A DNA stretch of 63,994 bases, filler included, from Piptocephalis cylindrospora (lineage: Eukaryota): assembly GCA_003614145.1 (NCBI GenBank). It is 5 parts of 5 records of this genome, joined end to end, with 100 filler letters (N's around TTAATTAATTAA, not from the genome) between each part and the next. Parts side by side here need not be neighbours in the genome. Positions count along the whole stretch, not along the records: positions 25,776 to 38,519 come from KZ987961.1; positions 38,620 to 51,340 come from KZ987962.1; 3 more parts are not named here. One strand, given 5' to 3'. Position 1 is the first letter of the stretch; every line of letters begins with the position of its first letter. The translations under genes and the position numbers were made by a program. Of this stretch, positions 37,801-51,440 are shown one piece after another. The notes under the pieces are model-generated. The model made no database searches, had not been told where the DNA came from, and saw only the letters and a program-made list of their open reading frames with translations.

Positions 37801-38519
37801 TCAGGAGCTCCGTGACAAGGCCTCGTTGACCGCCTGAGGGGAAAGATCCTTGTCGGAGAGCTCAATGGGCTTGCATTTCTGCGCTTCAAGTAGGGAGATT
37901 TTGAGCGCCGCGGCATGCTCAGCAAAGGCCTCGACCGGATCCTTTTGAGCATCCTTTCCTTCAGGGGTACTAGCCCACTCAAGAGCACGACGAAGCGCCT
38001 CAGCAGCCCTTTCCTTGTAAGACTTTACCCTGTTCACTTTCCTACGGACCTCAGCCAAGCGACTTTTTTCCTGCAGGGTGAGAGGATTCCAGGAACCTTC
38101 TTTCCACTGAGTATGACGGGCCAATCGATCATTTTTTCGGTAAATGAGGTGAGTTAAGCGCTCTTTTTTCTCCGAGAGGCGAGTGAAATAGCTCTTTTGT
38201 CCCTTGGAGAGATCATCCGATTCCTTCTCTTCCTTCTGGGCAAGGAGATAAAAACTATGCCTTTCCGCATGGGTAAGACGACCAACATCATGCCTTTCCT
38301 CCTCGGTGAGGCGACGAACATCATGGTGATTCCGCCAGACAAGGCGGGTCAAGTAGCTCTTTTCCTGTTGAGAAAGTCGTTCCAAATCCTTCTGCTCCTG
38401 CCGGGAGAGGCTATTCAACCCGCTTTGTTTCTTTAACGAGAAGCTAACCAAGTCCATCTTTGCATGCAGAGAGAGATCTGTCAAGTCATTCTTTTCCCAC
38501 TGAGAGAGCCCAGCCCAGA
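37801..38519 (-). CDS. orphan protein with 11-aa tandem repeats, 5'-truncated by contig edge
   Basis: frame open to the contig end; units LSQWEKNDLTD, LSLHAKMDLVS, LSRQEQKDLER, LSQQEKSYLTR, LTEEERHDVGR, LSKGQKSYFTR, LTLQEKSRLAE. Confidence 0.7.
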
Positions 38520-38619
38520 NNNNNNNNNNNNNNNNNNNNNNNNNNNNNNNNNNNNNNNNNNNNTTAATTAATTAANNNNNNNNNNNNNNNNNNNNNNNNN
38601 NNNNNNNNNNNNNNNNNNN
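38520..38619. other. artificial contig spacer
   Basis: N44-TTAATTAATTAA-N44. Confidence 0.99.
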
Positions 38620-38620
38620 C

Positions 38621-41600
38621 TTGGAGATTGTAGAGCCCATTGCCATCAAAACGTGTAGGGAAGTTGGTACCTCCCCAATGATCCTTCCTACCCCTGCCGC
38701 CTCGGACATCAATGTGGATCAAGTAGGAGATTCTGGCCCACCCCTCACATCTGTACAGGGTGAAGGCACCGCTGTTCCTGATTCGAATCGCCCATTCCCG
38801 CCCCTTCCTAGTATGGAGACCATTCATCGAATTGTTCTTGCCGCCAGATCCATTGGTACAGCCTTCACTGGTGCCCCTGATCCGTTTAGAGGAAGCCCGC
38901 GCAGTCGTTGGTCCCCTGTGCAAGCCAACAGAATTTCTCCCATTGATGGGATCCCTACTCTTTATCCAGATTTAAGGATTCTTGGCCAGCCAATGAGATA
39001 CCAAGGCGATAGAAGGGATCCAGAGCCTTCTCAGGAGGTACAGACCCATAGCGGCTCCTCCAATTATTCCCGTGGAGAGACCGAAGGTGTGGATCCTCAA
39101 GATTCTCAGGTCTCTGAGCAGGCTGTACAAGTGGGATTTAACCATGATACTCCATCCTCACAACAAGTGCCGCAGGATGATTATATTGCACATCCCGTCT
39201 CTCACGCCCAAGAAGGGGAAGCTTTACCTCCCAAGGAACCGTCTCTTTCTCCAAAAAGACCACTATCCCCCCTTCCAAAGGACTCCCCTGTTCTTTCCAA
39301 GGGGAAGGAGCCAGAGAAGCTGATTAAGCGGGAATCCTCGGTGGAAAGGCAGGAAGATAGATTGAGAGAGGAGAGAATCTTGGAAATTCAAAGATTAATG
39401 GGTCTGGCTCCCGGCGAGATTGCTAAAAGACTCGAATCTTCCCCGGCCCCTGTCCTCCCTCCTCTCCCTGATTACCAGCCCACCTATTCACCCTTATTGG
39501 TTGGGACCAATTCGGACCGGAGAGGAGGGGAAGGATCGGGGGCTGATACCGTTGGCGAAGTGGATCCTCGAGCTCAAGAGTTTTTCACTGGGTTCCTTCG
39601 ATCCGCTACTCGAAAAGATGACCATGATACCGGCTCTGAGAGTGACATGAATGGCCAGAGGCTGTCGGGTCCAAGCTCCATCCCCCATGAAAGGTATGCC
39701 TCGGGGCCAGAAGTAGATAGGATTGAGGATCAACGGCAAGGCCCCTCTGCTCGTCATAGTGTCGATCCTGCCCAGGCTGATGCTGCTCCTATGGACTTAT
39801 TGGCTCGGCTTCGCGAAGGTTCAGCCCCGGCTGCCGCTGGCTCCCTTAGTCACCCTATCCTCTCGCCTAATGCTTCCCAGATCCGTCCTCCCCACCCCTT
39901 CCCCTCCCCCCATTCCCTCCCTCCTCCACCGCCTGGGGCTCAGCCGCAACAGCCCCCTCTACAGCATCAAGGGCAAGTACAGGCGCCATATCCCCATGGA
40001 CCGCTGCCCCCTCCTCCCCCTCCTCCTCCGTATTACTCTTCCCATCCTGGACATCCGGGGCAGGTTTACCCTAGTCAAGGTCTCCATCCATCCATGTATG
40101 GGCCATATGGCTCGCAGCGTCCTCTGCCTGGGACAAATAGCGGGGTTGGGGAAGAAGGGATGATCCGTGGTCCGGGAAGTTTTAGTAGTGATTCAGGCTA
40201 TATTCCTCCTTCTACTGCTCTACCTCCTCATGGACCCACCAGGATGGGCCAGGCTACAGGACATGGACCCTCTTACCCTCCTCATCCCCATCCCTCCATG
40301 GGCCCCGGGCCTTTTCCGGGAGCCCCTTCAAGGCCTCGGCATCATCCTTCTGGGTCAGCTTATCCAGGTGAGGAGAGTCATCCTTCTTCAGAAGGACTAG
40401 ATGCCTCAAAGAGGAGGCCCATGCTAGGGGAGGGGCCTGGGGAAACTCGGATGATGGATAGAGAGGCAAGGTCTTCTCTTCCCCCTCCCTCCTACCCTCT
40501 ACCGCCCCATCAGCACTTACTTGGGGGACAACATCCGGGATATGTGGGTCCTCCTCCTCATCCCTCTCTTTCTCCCCCTTCCCAGGGATATCCTCTTCCA
40601 GGCCCCCCATCTTATGGTCTGCCTGGTCCTCCAGTTCATTCCCTCCCAGGCCCTCCTTCTGGGCCTCATCCACGCATGGGTCATCCAGGATTACGGGGCC
40701 CTGACGCCTCCTTAATGGGGGTGCTTCGGGGGGAAAGCCGTGGGATGGTGGATGGGGCTGCCTTGAGAGTGAGTCCTGGGCCTCCCTCTCTGGCTCCTCA
40801 TCCTCCCTCCTCTGCTTCACCTTCTCCCCTCCCGGAGGATCAGTCAGAACCTCCTCCCTCACACCCTTCTTCCTCTCCCTCCTCTATGAGTCGTCAGTCC
40901 CTTTTTCAGCAGGCTCTCCCTCCCCCCTTACCACCTCAGGCGCCCTCCATCACCGAGAGAGTTCTTGATGGAGGGATTGAGGACATAGGAGTAACTGGGG
41001 AAAATGGGAGGTCGACTGAGCAAATGATCCGTCAATTCATGGCCCCCCCTGGTCCAGAGACGGAACGAGAACAAGGAGATGGACAGGATGACGCATCTCG
41101 TACTCCCCAAGCCCCTGAATCTTCCAAGGTGATCTTGCCTGTGTCCGAAGAATTCCTTGCCCGAGTCGATGGTACCCTGCCTGGCCCGCCCCCTCCCTTG
41201 CTCGAGTCCATCGGGATGGCTGCCGAGATAGAACAGACTAAAGGGAAGGTAGATGATGGAATTGAAGACTTTACGCGGATGTCTGAAGCAGCACATAGTG
41301 AGGAGGAAGGGGAGAAGAGGAAAGAAGACCAAGGTGATGTAAACACGCAGATGGACAATCGAGAGAAAATGATAGAGGCTCAAGGTGAGTTGTTGTATAC
41401 TTCACGGGTTTCTTCCACTGAGAGAATAGTGCATGACCTGGCGCTGCTTAAAGCTGACTAACACTCATTTTTCATCATTATCTCTAGGTTCTAGCGCTGA
41501 AAAGTTCATCGTAAAGACCAACGGAGAAAATACCAAGGATACGCCAAAATCCGAGGAAATCATCGAGAAGGCGGAAGGAGAGCTAGATCAGGATGAGGAG

Positions 41601-43619
41601 GAGAAGGGGAGGAAGAAGAAAGGCGGAGGAGTGGACATTCAAGGACCTGGAACGAGTAAAAAGGCCAGGAAGCGAGCTGCGGCTAGGGCTGCCAAGGCTG
41701 CTGCTGCTGCTGCTTCTAAGACCAACATGGGAGAGAATGAATATGAGGAGGATAAAAAAAAGGGGAAGGGGGAAGTGGGAGCTGAGCGAACCGTTCAGGA
41801 CAATGGAAAGGTAAGCTCATCGAAGGAGGAAATCACCATTCAATTTCCCTATCATATCACCCTCTCCGCGTCACCCTCATCATCCTCCAACCTGGACTTG
41901 AGAGGCGCAGCCAATGCGGCTGCAGCGGCTGGAAACGGAGGAGGAGGTAGCTCTGTGGGAACGAGCATGCTCGGAGGATATACTCCAATGACCTCCCGGG
42001 TCACTCGGCATTTTGCTAAGAAGGAGGGTCTATCCTCAGCCACCTTCCTGGCGGCCAATACTCGGCCCTATCCCATCACCTTCTCCTACGATAGCCGGCA
42101 GGGAGGAACAGGACTGACGGGGGTTGAAGGAGAGAGCTCCTCATTGACCTTGGCCCCCGCTTCCTTGCCCACTTTTCCCAGGTGCGCTCCTGGAACAATG
42201 CTGGCTTCTTCGAGTAATTTTTCTTTTGTACCCAAAACCCACATCATCCAAGGGGACGAAGAATGGCCTCAGGAAGAAGAAGAGGAGGTGCTAATGGTGA
42301 AAGGGGATGGAGGGTTTACGGAGAATGATGAGGATGCCCTTCCTCAGGGCATGCCCGGGATCCCCTCCACCACGACATTTGACTTCACTGTGGATTTCAA
42401 GACCCTGGGGACAGCTCCAGAATTTAGCCGAGATGCTCAGAGCTTCCTAAGCGCACGAGTGAAAGAGGTGCAGGAAGATCCGCTAGCTATGCAATTTAGT
42501 GGTAGTTACGGTCCGGGTGGTGGATCTGACGGAATTGAGGGGCCGGGGATTGAAGGAAGGGGATGGACTGGGACGACGCAAGTCTCCGGCAACGGGGGCC
42601 ATAGACTCTTCCATCAGCACCATCAGCAGATGAAGGCCTTTCGTACGGCCTTGGCAGAACAGCTTGGTTTAATGCCCGGGGAATCCGAGGCTCTAGGTTC
42701 TGTGGGTATCGGAGGACGGATAGAGGAAGGGGAAGAGGAGGAAGGTACTGAAAATGGCCTTGCGGTAGAAGATGAGGAACAAGAGGATGGTATTGTAATG
42801 GAGGAGGAGATTACGAGTTTGGGGATGGAAGCCAAAGCCCTTGAGGGTTTTGTCATGCGAGCTTCTAATGACCATACCCCACGTCGACGCATGCCTTCCA
42901 CATCAGTCAAGGTTACAGAAATGGTAGGCCCGGAGGAGGAAGAGATGGGAGAAGATGAGGATGAGGTGGATTTAGAGGAACTAGCTGCAACGATCGGACA
43001 GGCCGGACTAGAGGATTGGTTAGTAGCGGCGGCTACCGGAAGGGACCTTTCTTGGGCCAGGGATATACCCTCATCCATTGGAGACGAGGAAGAGGAGGAG
43101 GAAGAGGGAGACGGTGAAGAGGAGAGAGTGGAGGATAGAGCAATGAGGATGCAAGCCCGACTGGATCGCCTTTACAAGTACTCCTTTGGGGTAGATAATG
43201 GGTCCCCATCCACTCATCTCAATTCGGATGCTCGAATCATTAAGGCTCTTGGTATGAGAGATCTGGGCATGAGGAACGGGGACATAGTACGAAGGGAGGA
43301 TGATTTGAACGAATGTACAGCAGATGAAGTTGAAGAGGGAGAAGAGGAGGAAGAGGCCTTCCTGCAAAGACTATTGTTAGCAGCAGCGGCTTCAGCCGGG
43401 AGTGAAGAGGGCGAGGAGGATGAAGCTGGGTCGATGGTGAGCTCCTCTCCAGACCATCAATCAGATACGAGTGGATCCAGTGGTGGGAGCGACGAGAGGA
43501 TCTTGGCTTTGGAAAAGGAGTTTGCCCAAGCCAGAGAGGCCGAGAAGCGTCTGGAGGTCCATCTTGCCAAGATCATCCAACGAAACTCCCGATACCCCTT
43601 GCTTGCTATCCCCTTTTAA
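38621..43619 (+). CDS. large low-complexity (Pro/Gly-rich then acidic) hypothetical protein, 5'-truncated
   Basis: two long ORFs joined in frame by intron 41385-41487 (CAAG|GTGAGT...CTAG|GTTCT); short C-terminal coiled coil ILALEKEFAQAREAEKRLE. Confidence 0.75.
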
Positions 43620-43915
43620 TGGTGTTGAGATGGAGATGATATTGGCGAATAGATCTAGCTTATATCTTGACACTGTATACTCTGTGTGTGGTATATAGGG
43701 GATGTGGGGATAAGGAAAGACAAAAGCAGCAACAATAGAGGCATCAGTATGTATTATACACGCTTCACATCGTGGATAGGGATCCCCGCTTGGATAGTCC
43801 CTTTCCACTTCATCCTATCCCACTTCACCACCGCATCGTATCCTCTCCTCCCTCCGCACCCATACACCAACGTACTCCACTCTCCGAAAGGGCGGCACGC
43901 ACGTCAGACAGAGAT

Positions 43916-46628
43916 TTAAGAGGCAGCCCCAGTGCCTGCGACGTAATTCTGGAGATGCGTGAGGAACTCTCCCAGCTTTTCCGGTCGTATCTCCATGATG
44001 CTACTGGAAAAGCCTTGTTGGACAATGGAGATACCGGTGGCTTTTGCGCATGCTTGGAAGGAAAGACCGATAATACTATTAGGGGAAGAATGTTAAGCGG
44101 GAGAGAGGCAATTAGTGGTGGTAGTAGGGGGGGGAGGAGCAAGGCACGGAGGTGAATAAAATGACTTACTTAGCATCAGCTTGAGTTCCCGAAAAGCCAC
44201 AAACAAAATATCCTCGGCCATCGGATCGGGGAGAAGCAATGACAAAAGGTTTGACACGAGGACCTGATCGGGCCCTACGGGTATCGCGACGACGGGCCCA
44301 TCTTTGCTGAGCCCCATCTCGAAGGCCCTCAACGAACCACTCGCCCAGGAGACCACAGAGACTGGCTCCGTTATCCCAGAGGTGGGAAAGGAGCTCGGAA
44401 GGGTCCTCTGTGGGAGCCTGGGCCCCAAGAGGGGCAGAGACCTGGGCATTGGAAGAGTGAGGGCCGATAGTGGCGGGAGTGGAGGTAGATCTAGGAGAGA
44501 TGAGGCCCCTCCCCCCATTAACCAGACTCTCTTCTTCAGCTTCGACCCCGGAATCGGACCCGGTAGAGGGAGCAACGAGCCCTGAGGCGGAGAACGAGTC
44601 ATTTTCCGTGATGATGACCTGACTAAAGTTCCTTCCTCGAAGCAGATGCTTGCCGGTCATGACGGAAGAAACCTGACGGACAACTTCTCGATGCACGCCA
44701 AGGCTAAGGGAGACACCTGCACGGAGAAGTTCATCCCGCTCCAGGGCATCCCACGCCCTCCAGAATCCCCCATACCACTGAGTAGACGAAGAGGAGGGGG
44801 GTTGAGAAGCCGAGTAGGACATGGGGGCGTAGGACCCAGAGTTGCCTGTACGGGCTACACCACTCCAGACTCCCCCGATTCGTCCTATAGCCTCGGATCC
44901 ACACCCAAGGAGGGCAATGAGACCCCAAGCAACGTCACCAGCGGCAAGGGTCCCACGAAAGCCCTGGCGGCGGGTGAAGGAGGGGAACTCGAGGTCTTCT
45001 AGACGGTAGAAGGATCTCTCCGACCGGAGAGCAGCCAGAAGCTTTCGTTTAAGGGGGGCATCCAAATGAGTGAAGGGCTCTTGAGCCTGTTCACGGGAGC
45101 AGCCTAGACGGGTTAGGAAGCCGAGGAGTCGACTGCGTCCCCGTTCCTTCCAGATACCCAGACGGGTCGCGACGTACCGGGAGTGGTACATGGCGTCGTA
45201 TAAGGACCAATGACGGAAGAGAGTGAAGCGTAGCTCGTCAGTAGACTCGATACGGTCTTCCGCCCCTTGGGTACTCAGAGCATCTGCGACATCCTGGGCC
45301 GAGGTCGACTCCGTAGTAGAGCTAGAATTAGTAGTAGTAGTCTCCTCCATGGCGAGGCTCTCCTCGGTACGCAGGGATAGGACTTCCGCATGGAAGGACT
45401 GATACTCGAGGGCATACCGCTCATTTGGACAGCGATCGTGGATGTACTGATCGGTCATTCCAACAATGCCCCACCATAGGAGGGAGCGGTTAGACCGACG
45501 AAGGGCAGAGGCAATGCCATACATGATAGCTGAGCAAGGTCTTTCCTCCCAGGTCCCCTGATTGTAATAATTGTCCAGGAGATGACGCGCACTAGCATGA
45601 CGTCTGGTCTTTTCCTGCCTGGCCTCTAGGCTCTCCTCCACATCCACTTCATTCCCTTGGTTACCATGAGACGTCCGAAGGGATCTGGAGGGTGATGAGA
45701 TTAGAGAGGAGGGCTGGAGGGGAGATTGTGGGTCGTGCTCAGGCTCCTCCACATTATCATCGTCATCATCGTCATCATCAATAGCAAGTATACGTCGGCG
45801 TCGATTCCCACCCAATGCACTCCTCTTCCCATCCATATTGGCCGGGGTGGGAGAGGGCCTTTTTCTACTACGAGCAGGGCTCTCGGAATTCTGGGAAATA
45901 CTCAGAGCCTCGAGCTCAGAATTATCCCAATCCTCCTCCTCCTCCTCCTCCTCCTCCCCTGCATCTTCCTCGATGGCCTCAGCACTAAGGAGGAGAAAGG
46001 CATCCCGCTCCTCGGAAAGGGCGGATCCCTCATTCTTGCCCAAGAAGACCTGGACGCCCATCTCACCAAAAAGATTGGTGAGATGAATGGGTCGTCGACA
46101 ATCGCACACATAAACGGTCCTTCGGTCCATTCGATGTTCATCCAGCTGGAGGATACTGTGAATATCAGCCAACCCACCACAATTGAGCATAACAATGCTT
46201 GTGATCTGGGGAGTGAGACAAAACGTGAGATGCACCAGGGTCTGGCAATAGTGGTGAGGGGGAGATGGGACGTCAGGTTGAGAAAGAGCCTACCTCAGGA
46301 TTGGGCAGGATAAGTTCCTGGGCTTCCCGTACAACATCCATATATCCAGAAACTGGGCGGATTTGATGAGGGATGAAATCTTCCTTGAGAAGATGCTACG
46401 GTTAAGATAGGAGACGAAGTGAGGTGAGGTGAGGAAGATCTCATGGGAGAAGGAGGATCGCATGGATACAGCTTAATTTACACAACTTACAGTAAGGATT
46501 CGTGCAGCACAAAGGGCGTCAGGGTCATTAGCAACAAGGAGAAGGACAGATGTGGAAAAGGAATTAGCAGCATCTTCCCTGATGCGCTCATACGCCTGAG
46601 CGTGCCGATCAGGCTCAATGAAGCCCAT
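43916..46628 (-). CDS. CDC45: DNA replication initiation factor Cdc45, multi-exon
   Basis: ATG at 46628, LLVANDPDALCAARILT, IVMLNCGGLADI, DCRRPIHLTNL, FTLFRHWSLYDAMYHSRYVATRLGIW; last exon IIGLSFQACAKATG...IMEIRPEKLGEFL, stop at 43916-43918. Confidence 0.95.
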
Positions 46629-47006
46629 GACACAGGTCGAGGAGGAAAGAGGAGGGTGAAGGGCAAGATCGACTTGAGCAAGGCGGTCTCAAGGGATATG
46701 CCAGCAAGTATGAGAGCGTCGTGTGAGGCGAGATATTACTATAGGACTTGGGATATAGTGCTTGACAGGCGGCAGGTCGCAGCGCGGCACAGGAAGCACA
46801 GAGCGGGCAAAGACGTTGATGCCGACAATACTGACCGAGAAGGCGCTAAAGTGTAAAGACGGGGAGATGTCACGAGATAGGAGAGAAGACAGAATAAGAG
46901 GATGCTTATCCGATGATATGATTGAGAGAGAGGAGGGGAGAGAAGAAAAGACGAGAAGGGGAAAGGAGGGCGGATTGGGAAGCTTCTCCTGGGCACACGG
47001 AGGACG

Positions 47007-47220
47007 ACGCGTGTAGGATTTCTGGGTCAGCAGCAAAGAGGGCTAGGGGCTGGAAGTTATGAGGGGAAGGGCGCTCTGCATGGAAGCCCTGAAGAGCAAC
47101 GCGTTCATCCCCGCAAGGCATGTCTGAACACACACCACTCAGCAACCCCACCACACGGCGGAACACGCGCAGCTCGAAGATAGTGGCGAGGGGATAAGAG
47201 AAAATGTCAATAAAGCGCGT
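47007..47220. promoter_or_regulatory. cluster of MCB-like CGCG elements upstream of CDC45
   Basis: ACGCGT at 47007-47012 and 47099-47104, ACGCG at 47165, GCGCGT at 47215; 380-590 bp upstream of the CDC45 ATG. Confidence 0.5.
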
Positions 47221-49598
47221 CCCTCTCAGCTGGGAGATGAGGAGAGGTAGCATGCACATAACTTCATAGTAGATGCTTTTACTCCATTGCAGAGACAAGA
47301 AGATCAAATAGAACAGGGCGGTGAGTAGATCCATCTCATACGACAAGCGCTTGCTGAGGTAAGCAATTGGACATTTATCATGATGATAAACCCGGTTTAT
47401 ACTCCCTCATGGGGCAGGCTACAGAGTATCCGAACGCATGACCCGTCTAGGCCAGCTTGCGTGGTACCAGGAACATTGTCCTCGATGTGTAACCTATTGA
47501 TAATTCTCTTCTAAGTACTACAGATACCTATAGCCCACCATTCCCTGGAGAAACTCCCACCACCATCTAGGTTTCCTAGTCAATTCAGGAAAGCTCGAGA
47601 CATGTATGGGCATACCATCGTCCATCATAGAGTAAGCCTCAGATAGGAGATGGTAATAAAACTGGCTTATCTTCCCCTAGCGGTGCAAGCTGATAAATAC
47701 CCAGACGCAGTACTCATCCCAAGGCTAGCATGTGGGGCATTGGGAGTATTGCCTTTGTGTATCTAGATGTTTTAGATTTGGATTGATATGCATATAGCTT
47801 GATTTTTAGAAATCAAATAGTCAAATTAACTGCGTCGAAATTTTGCTCGATATCGTTTAAGGCATTGGATTCAATGCACTTGATATGCTTTAAGAGCGGT
47901 GATGCGTTCGGATGCCCCCATGCCTACCTCATTGGAGAAATAAAATGGGTTTATCATCATCACTTAATATCTTATTCCTTAATATCTTATCCCCGAGCCG
48001 GAATATTTAGTCGTTTGATACCTCCACTTTTCCAGAAATACACTGTAGAAAACAATGAGGAATTAATCATCTTGATCTACCCAGTCCATTACTTGGCCCA
48101 TCATCCTTTCGAGGATTGTGAAGCATCTATGCTAAATTCTCTCTTTACACTGCTTTCCTTCCGTGCGTCAGGATCTGAGATGTCGAATCTCGAAGCAGCC
48201 CTAATGATTTAATTGCCTAATCCTTTAACGTGCTGTCTATTGAAATACTATCTCAGCCCCCGTGACATTGCTAGAGCCCCAATTAAGGCCAACTGTCTTC
48301 TACATGGTAATGTCACTATAAATTACACTTCTCTCTACCTCGAATGATCCTATATGCATTGAATGAGCTATATTGGGTAAGGATAATAGTACGCTCTGAG
48401 CACCAATAAGAGGAGGCTTCTCTGTACTTAGGTGTGCTGGAGGAAGAAGCCAGGGTGCGGTATAAGCAGTAGAGGCTGTGAGGGTCATAGCGAAGGATCC
48501 TGACTCCAGCAGCTTGGCCCAGACACGACATATTAAGAGATATATCCAGAAAAGTATATATCGAATGAAGCAGGCCAGGTCCTTGAACACACTGTATTTC
48601 TGAGTTCGTGTGTAGCCTTGAACTCCGCTAGCTAGACTGAGACTTGAGGATAACCAGCAGGGAAGGGGGGGGGAGAAGGATACATACCTATTAGCTGGGT
48701 GGGCGCTGCTACTCCAAGTTCAAAGCTCTCATACCTATGGAAGAGTCAATGTCTCTGCAAAGGAGGCTAAAACTTGGACTCCCACCTATTATCTTAGGAT
48801 ACACGCCGACTCCCCGCTTCGGTAGCCACACGTCGTCTCGTAGAAATGATGGGCCTGTGAGACCTGGTGATCTGTTAGAACAGCGCACCATCAAATAGGC
48901 ATACACCTATGGTTGAAAATTTATAGCACTACTACTACCTACCTCTAGACACAAAAGATGAGAAAGAATGGATGGGCGGCTTGACGTACGGATGAACCAA
49001 CGGAGTACACTGGGGCTGGGTCCTTTTGTCCATGCTCGCTTCGATACTCCGTGTGTGTGTAACCAGCTGTTTTCCATTCATCAACTCAAGATAGCCATTA
49101 AGCACAGAACAATATCCACCAACGTTCCAGCCGGGGGAACCACGTCGCTAGCACTTCAAAACTATCCTTGGCTCATCGAATGAATGATATATGCATTGAA
49201 GGACAGTTTGTATCAAGTCACATTTGCGCCCTGCCTCTCGAGGCTCAGATTAGGCTGATGATCCGCCCTCGGCGAAGAGTTTATACGATCAGCCTGCTCC
49301 CCCTTCCCCTTTCTCCAGGCCCCAGATCAAAAGCCACGTGTAAAGGCTGGTCGGTTAGATGATTGGTTCTGCCCATACAAAAGAAGGGTTAGGTCTCATC
49401 CGAGTTGTGATCAAAGCTGTGATGCCCGTGCAGTGCAGGCTGCTTAAGAATGCTCCATGAGGAAGAGCCAAACATTAGTGAGATATAAAAGGGTCTCGGA
49501 ACGGCCTTAGAGATCTCATACTGCCATCAAATACATTTCTTCCCCACATCATACCGCCCCATTTCCTCCTTGACGACATTTGCAAGCAGCGATCATTG

Positions 49599-51340
49599 AT
49601 GCACTTCTCATTTATTAAACTCGCCCTTCCCCTGCTACTCATTCCACTTCTTGCCCAAGCTGGAGGGGATTCGATGAAGCATGGCCAATCCTCGAATTCA
49701 TTCCAAAAGGAGACATTCGATGCCTTTCGAACTGCATGCTCAATCAGCAAGAGGGAATCTTTCTATTACCCTCTCAATTTTATGATTATCTATTTCCCAT
49801 ACATTAAGGATCTTCCATCTCTGATTCAAACCTACAGTACTCGCAAAGAGCTCCGTTCCCTGGAAAAGTGTCTGAAGGAGACCATCGATAAGGCGTTCTA
49901 TCTGCCCATATTCATGGCTAACCCGACCTCTCGTAACAGATACGCTGTTCTCAACGACTACTATAATTTAGGATTGGCCTTGCGTTATAGATTAAAAAAT
50001 CTCTTTAATCCAAAAGCCAAGGATCCAGGAGACAAGAAAATCATGACTGATTCTGCCTTTGAGAAATTACGACAAAAATATCATTCACATTTTCTCTCTG
50101 ACGACCCGACGAACAAAGGCCCGATTCCGAGTGATTGGGAGGCCCTTGTAGGGAGCCACGTTGATAAGGCAATTCGGCATGCCAATCCAACCCATCCACC
50201 CCTTCCAACCCATCAGGTGCAACATGTTCACTCCTGCCTTGTCGAAAGTCTCTTTTTCACCCTTAAAGCGGCAACTCTGGACAGATCACCGATCTTTCTC
50301 TGTCTTGAGCAGCATCTCCGTGTCAATATCGCCTTCATCTCCTTCAGGAAGGCCGCCAAAAAAATAGGGAACCAGACCGCGACATACCTTTCTCGTCTCT
50401 TTCAAAGCATAAGATCCTTGCAAAACCACCTTTACTTAAAGCAGGACGGGAAGGATATTTCAGTGCTTTGCACGGCCTTGAAACTTTGCCCAGAGATCCG
50501 AATTTGGCTTAATACTCTCTCTAAAAAAATGCACATTAATTTGGATGAAAAGAGGCACGACGCAGATGTTGCTGCCTTACTGATCTCCATTCTTCATGAG
50601 CATCGCCACCCATTCAGATATGTGCTAAAAGATTACACTCCTGCTCCTATTTGCGAGCCATTCCATCTCCAGGATCTTGGGCGTCTTATGCCTAACTTCA
50701 TGAGATGGTATGGCGTTGGCATCTGGGGAAGGTCTTATCTCACTCCCACACAGCGTGTGAGCCTCGATAATATTCGGAAAGAATCTCATCATCTTGATCC
50801 TATCTCTCGGAAGGTTCTTAATAAGCTTGTTACGAAGTATTTTGATATCCGTCTCATCCACCAGAATACTATCAATGAGATCCTGGAAAATTCACATGAT
50901 CTCCATCCGACCTTCTTGGAGATCCTCAATGACATTAAGAAAGGGAATCCTCAGCCCGCCCCTATCCACCAAAGAATCCTCAGCGAAATCAATGGTCTCT
51001 TCAAGGCTATTTCCAAATTTTCCCGAGGCCTAATGATAAATTATAGGTACGGAACTCCAAAGAAGTATATAGACGCCACATCCCGGCTCTATCATGTAAT
51101 GGCAGCTTTTACAAGTGACTCTATCAGCTCAGATGATTTTTTTGACCAGGAAGCTTTTCATGATTTTTTTGACTCTCTTAAAGGCATAAGCAATATGAAG
51201 CCGATGTTATTCAGCGAGGAATTTACCAGACCTTTCCTCATGCTACCCACCAATGAGCAGATCAAAGTTGGTGGGCCATGGCCTGAGGGCAAGGACACTA
51301 CCGCTTTCTTTACCGAGCTACTCTTCAGAGTACACTACTT
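49599..51340 (+). CDS. putative secreted orphan protein, intronless, 3'-truncated by contig edge
   Basis: signal-peptide-like MHFSFIKLALPLLLIPLLAQA; about 580 uninterrupted codons; TATA-like ATATAAAA near 49483; internal degenerate 36-aa duplication. Confidence 0.8.
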
Positions 51341-51440
51341 NNNNNNNNNNNNNNNNNNNNNNNNNNNNNNNNNNNNNNNNNNNNTTAATTAATTAANNNN
51401 NNNNNNNNNNNNNNNNNNNNNNNNNNNNNNNNNNNNNNNN
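51341..51440. other. artificial contig spacer
   Basis: N44-TTAATTAATTAA-N44. Confidence 0.99.
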
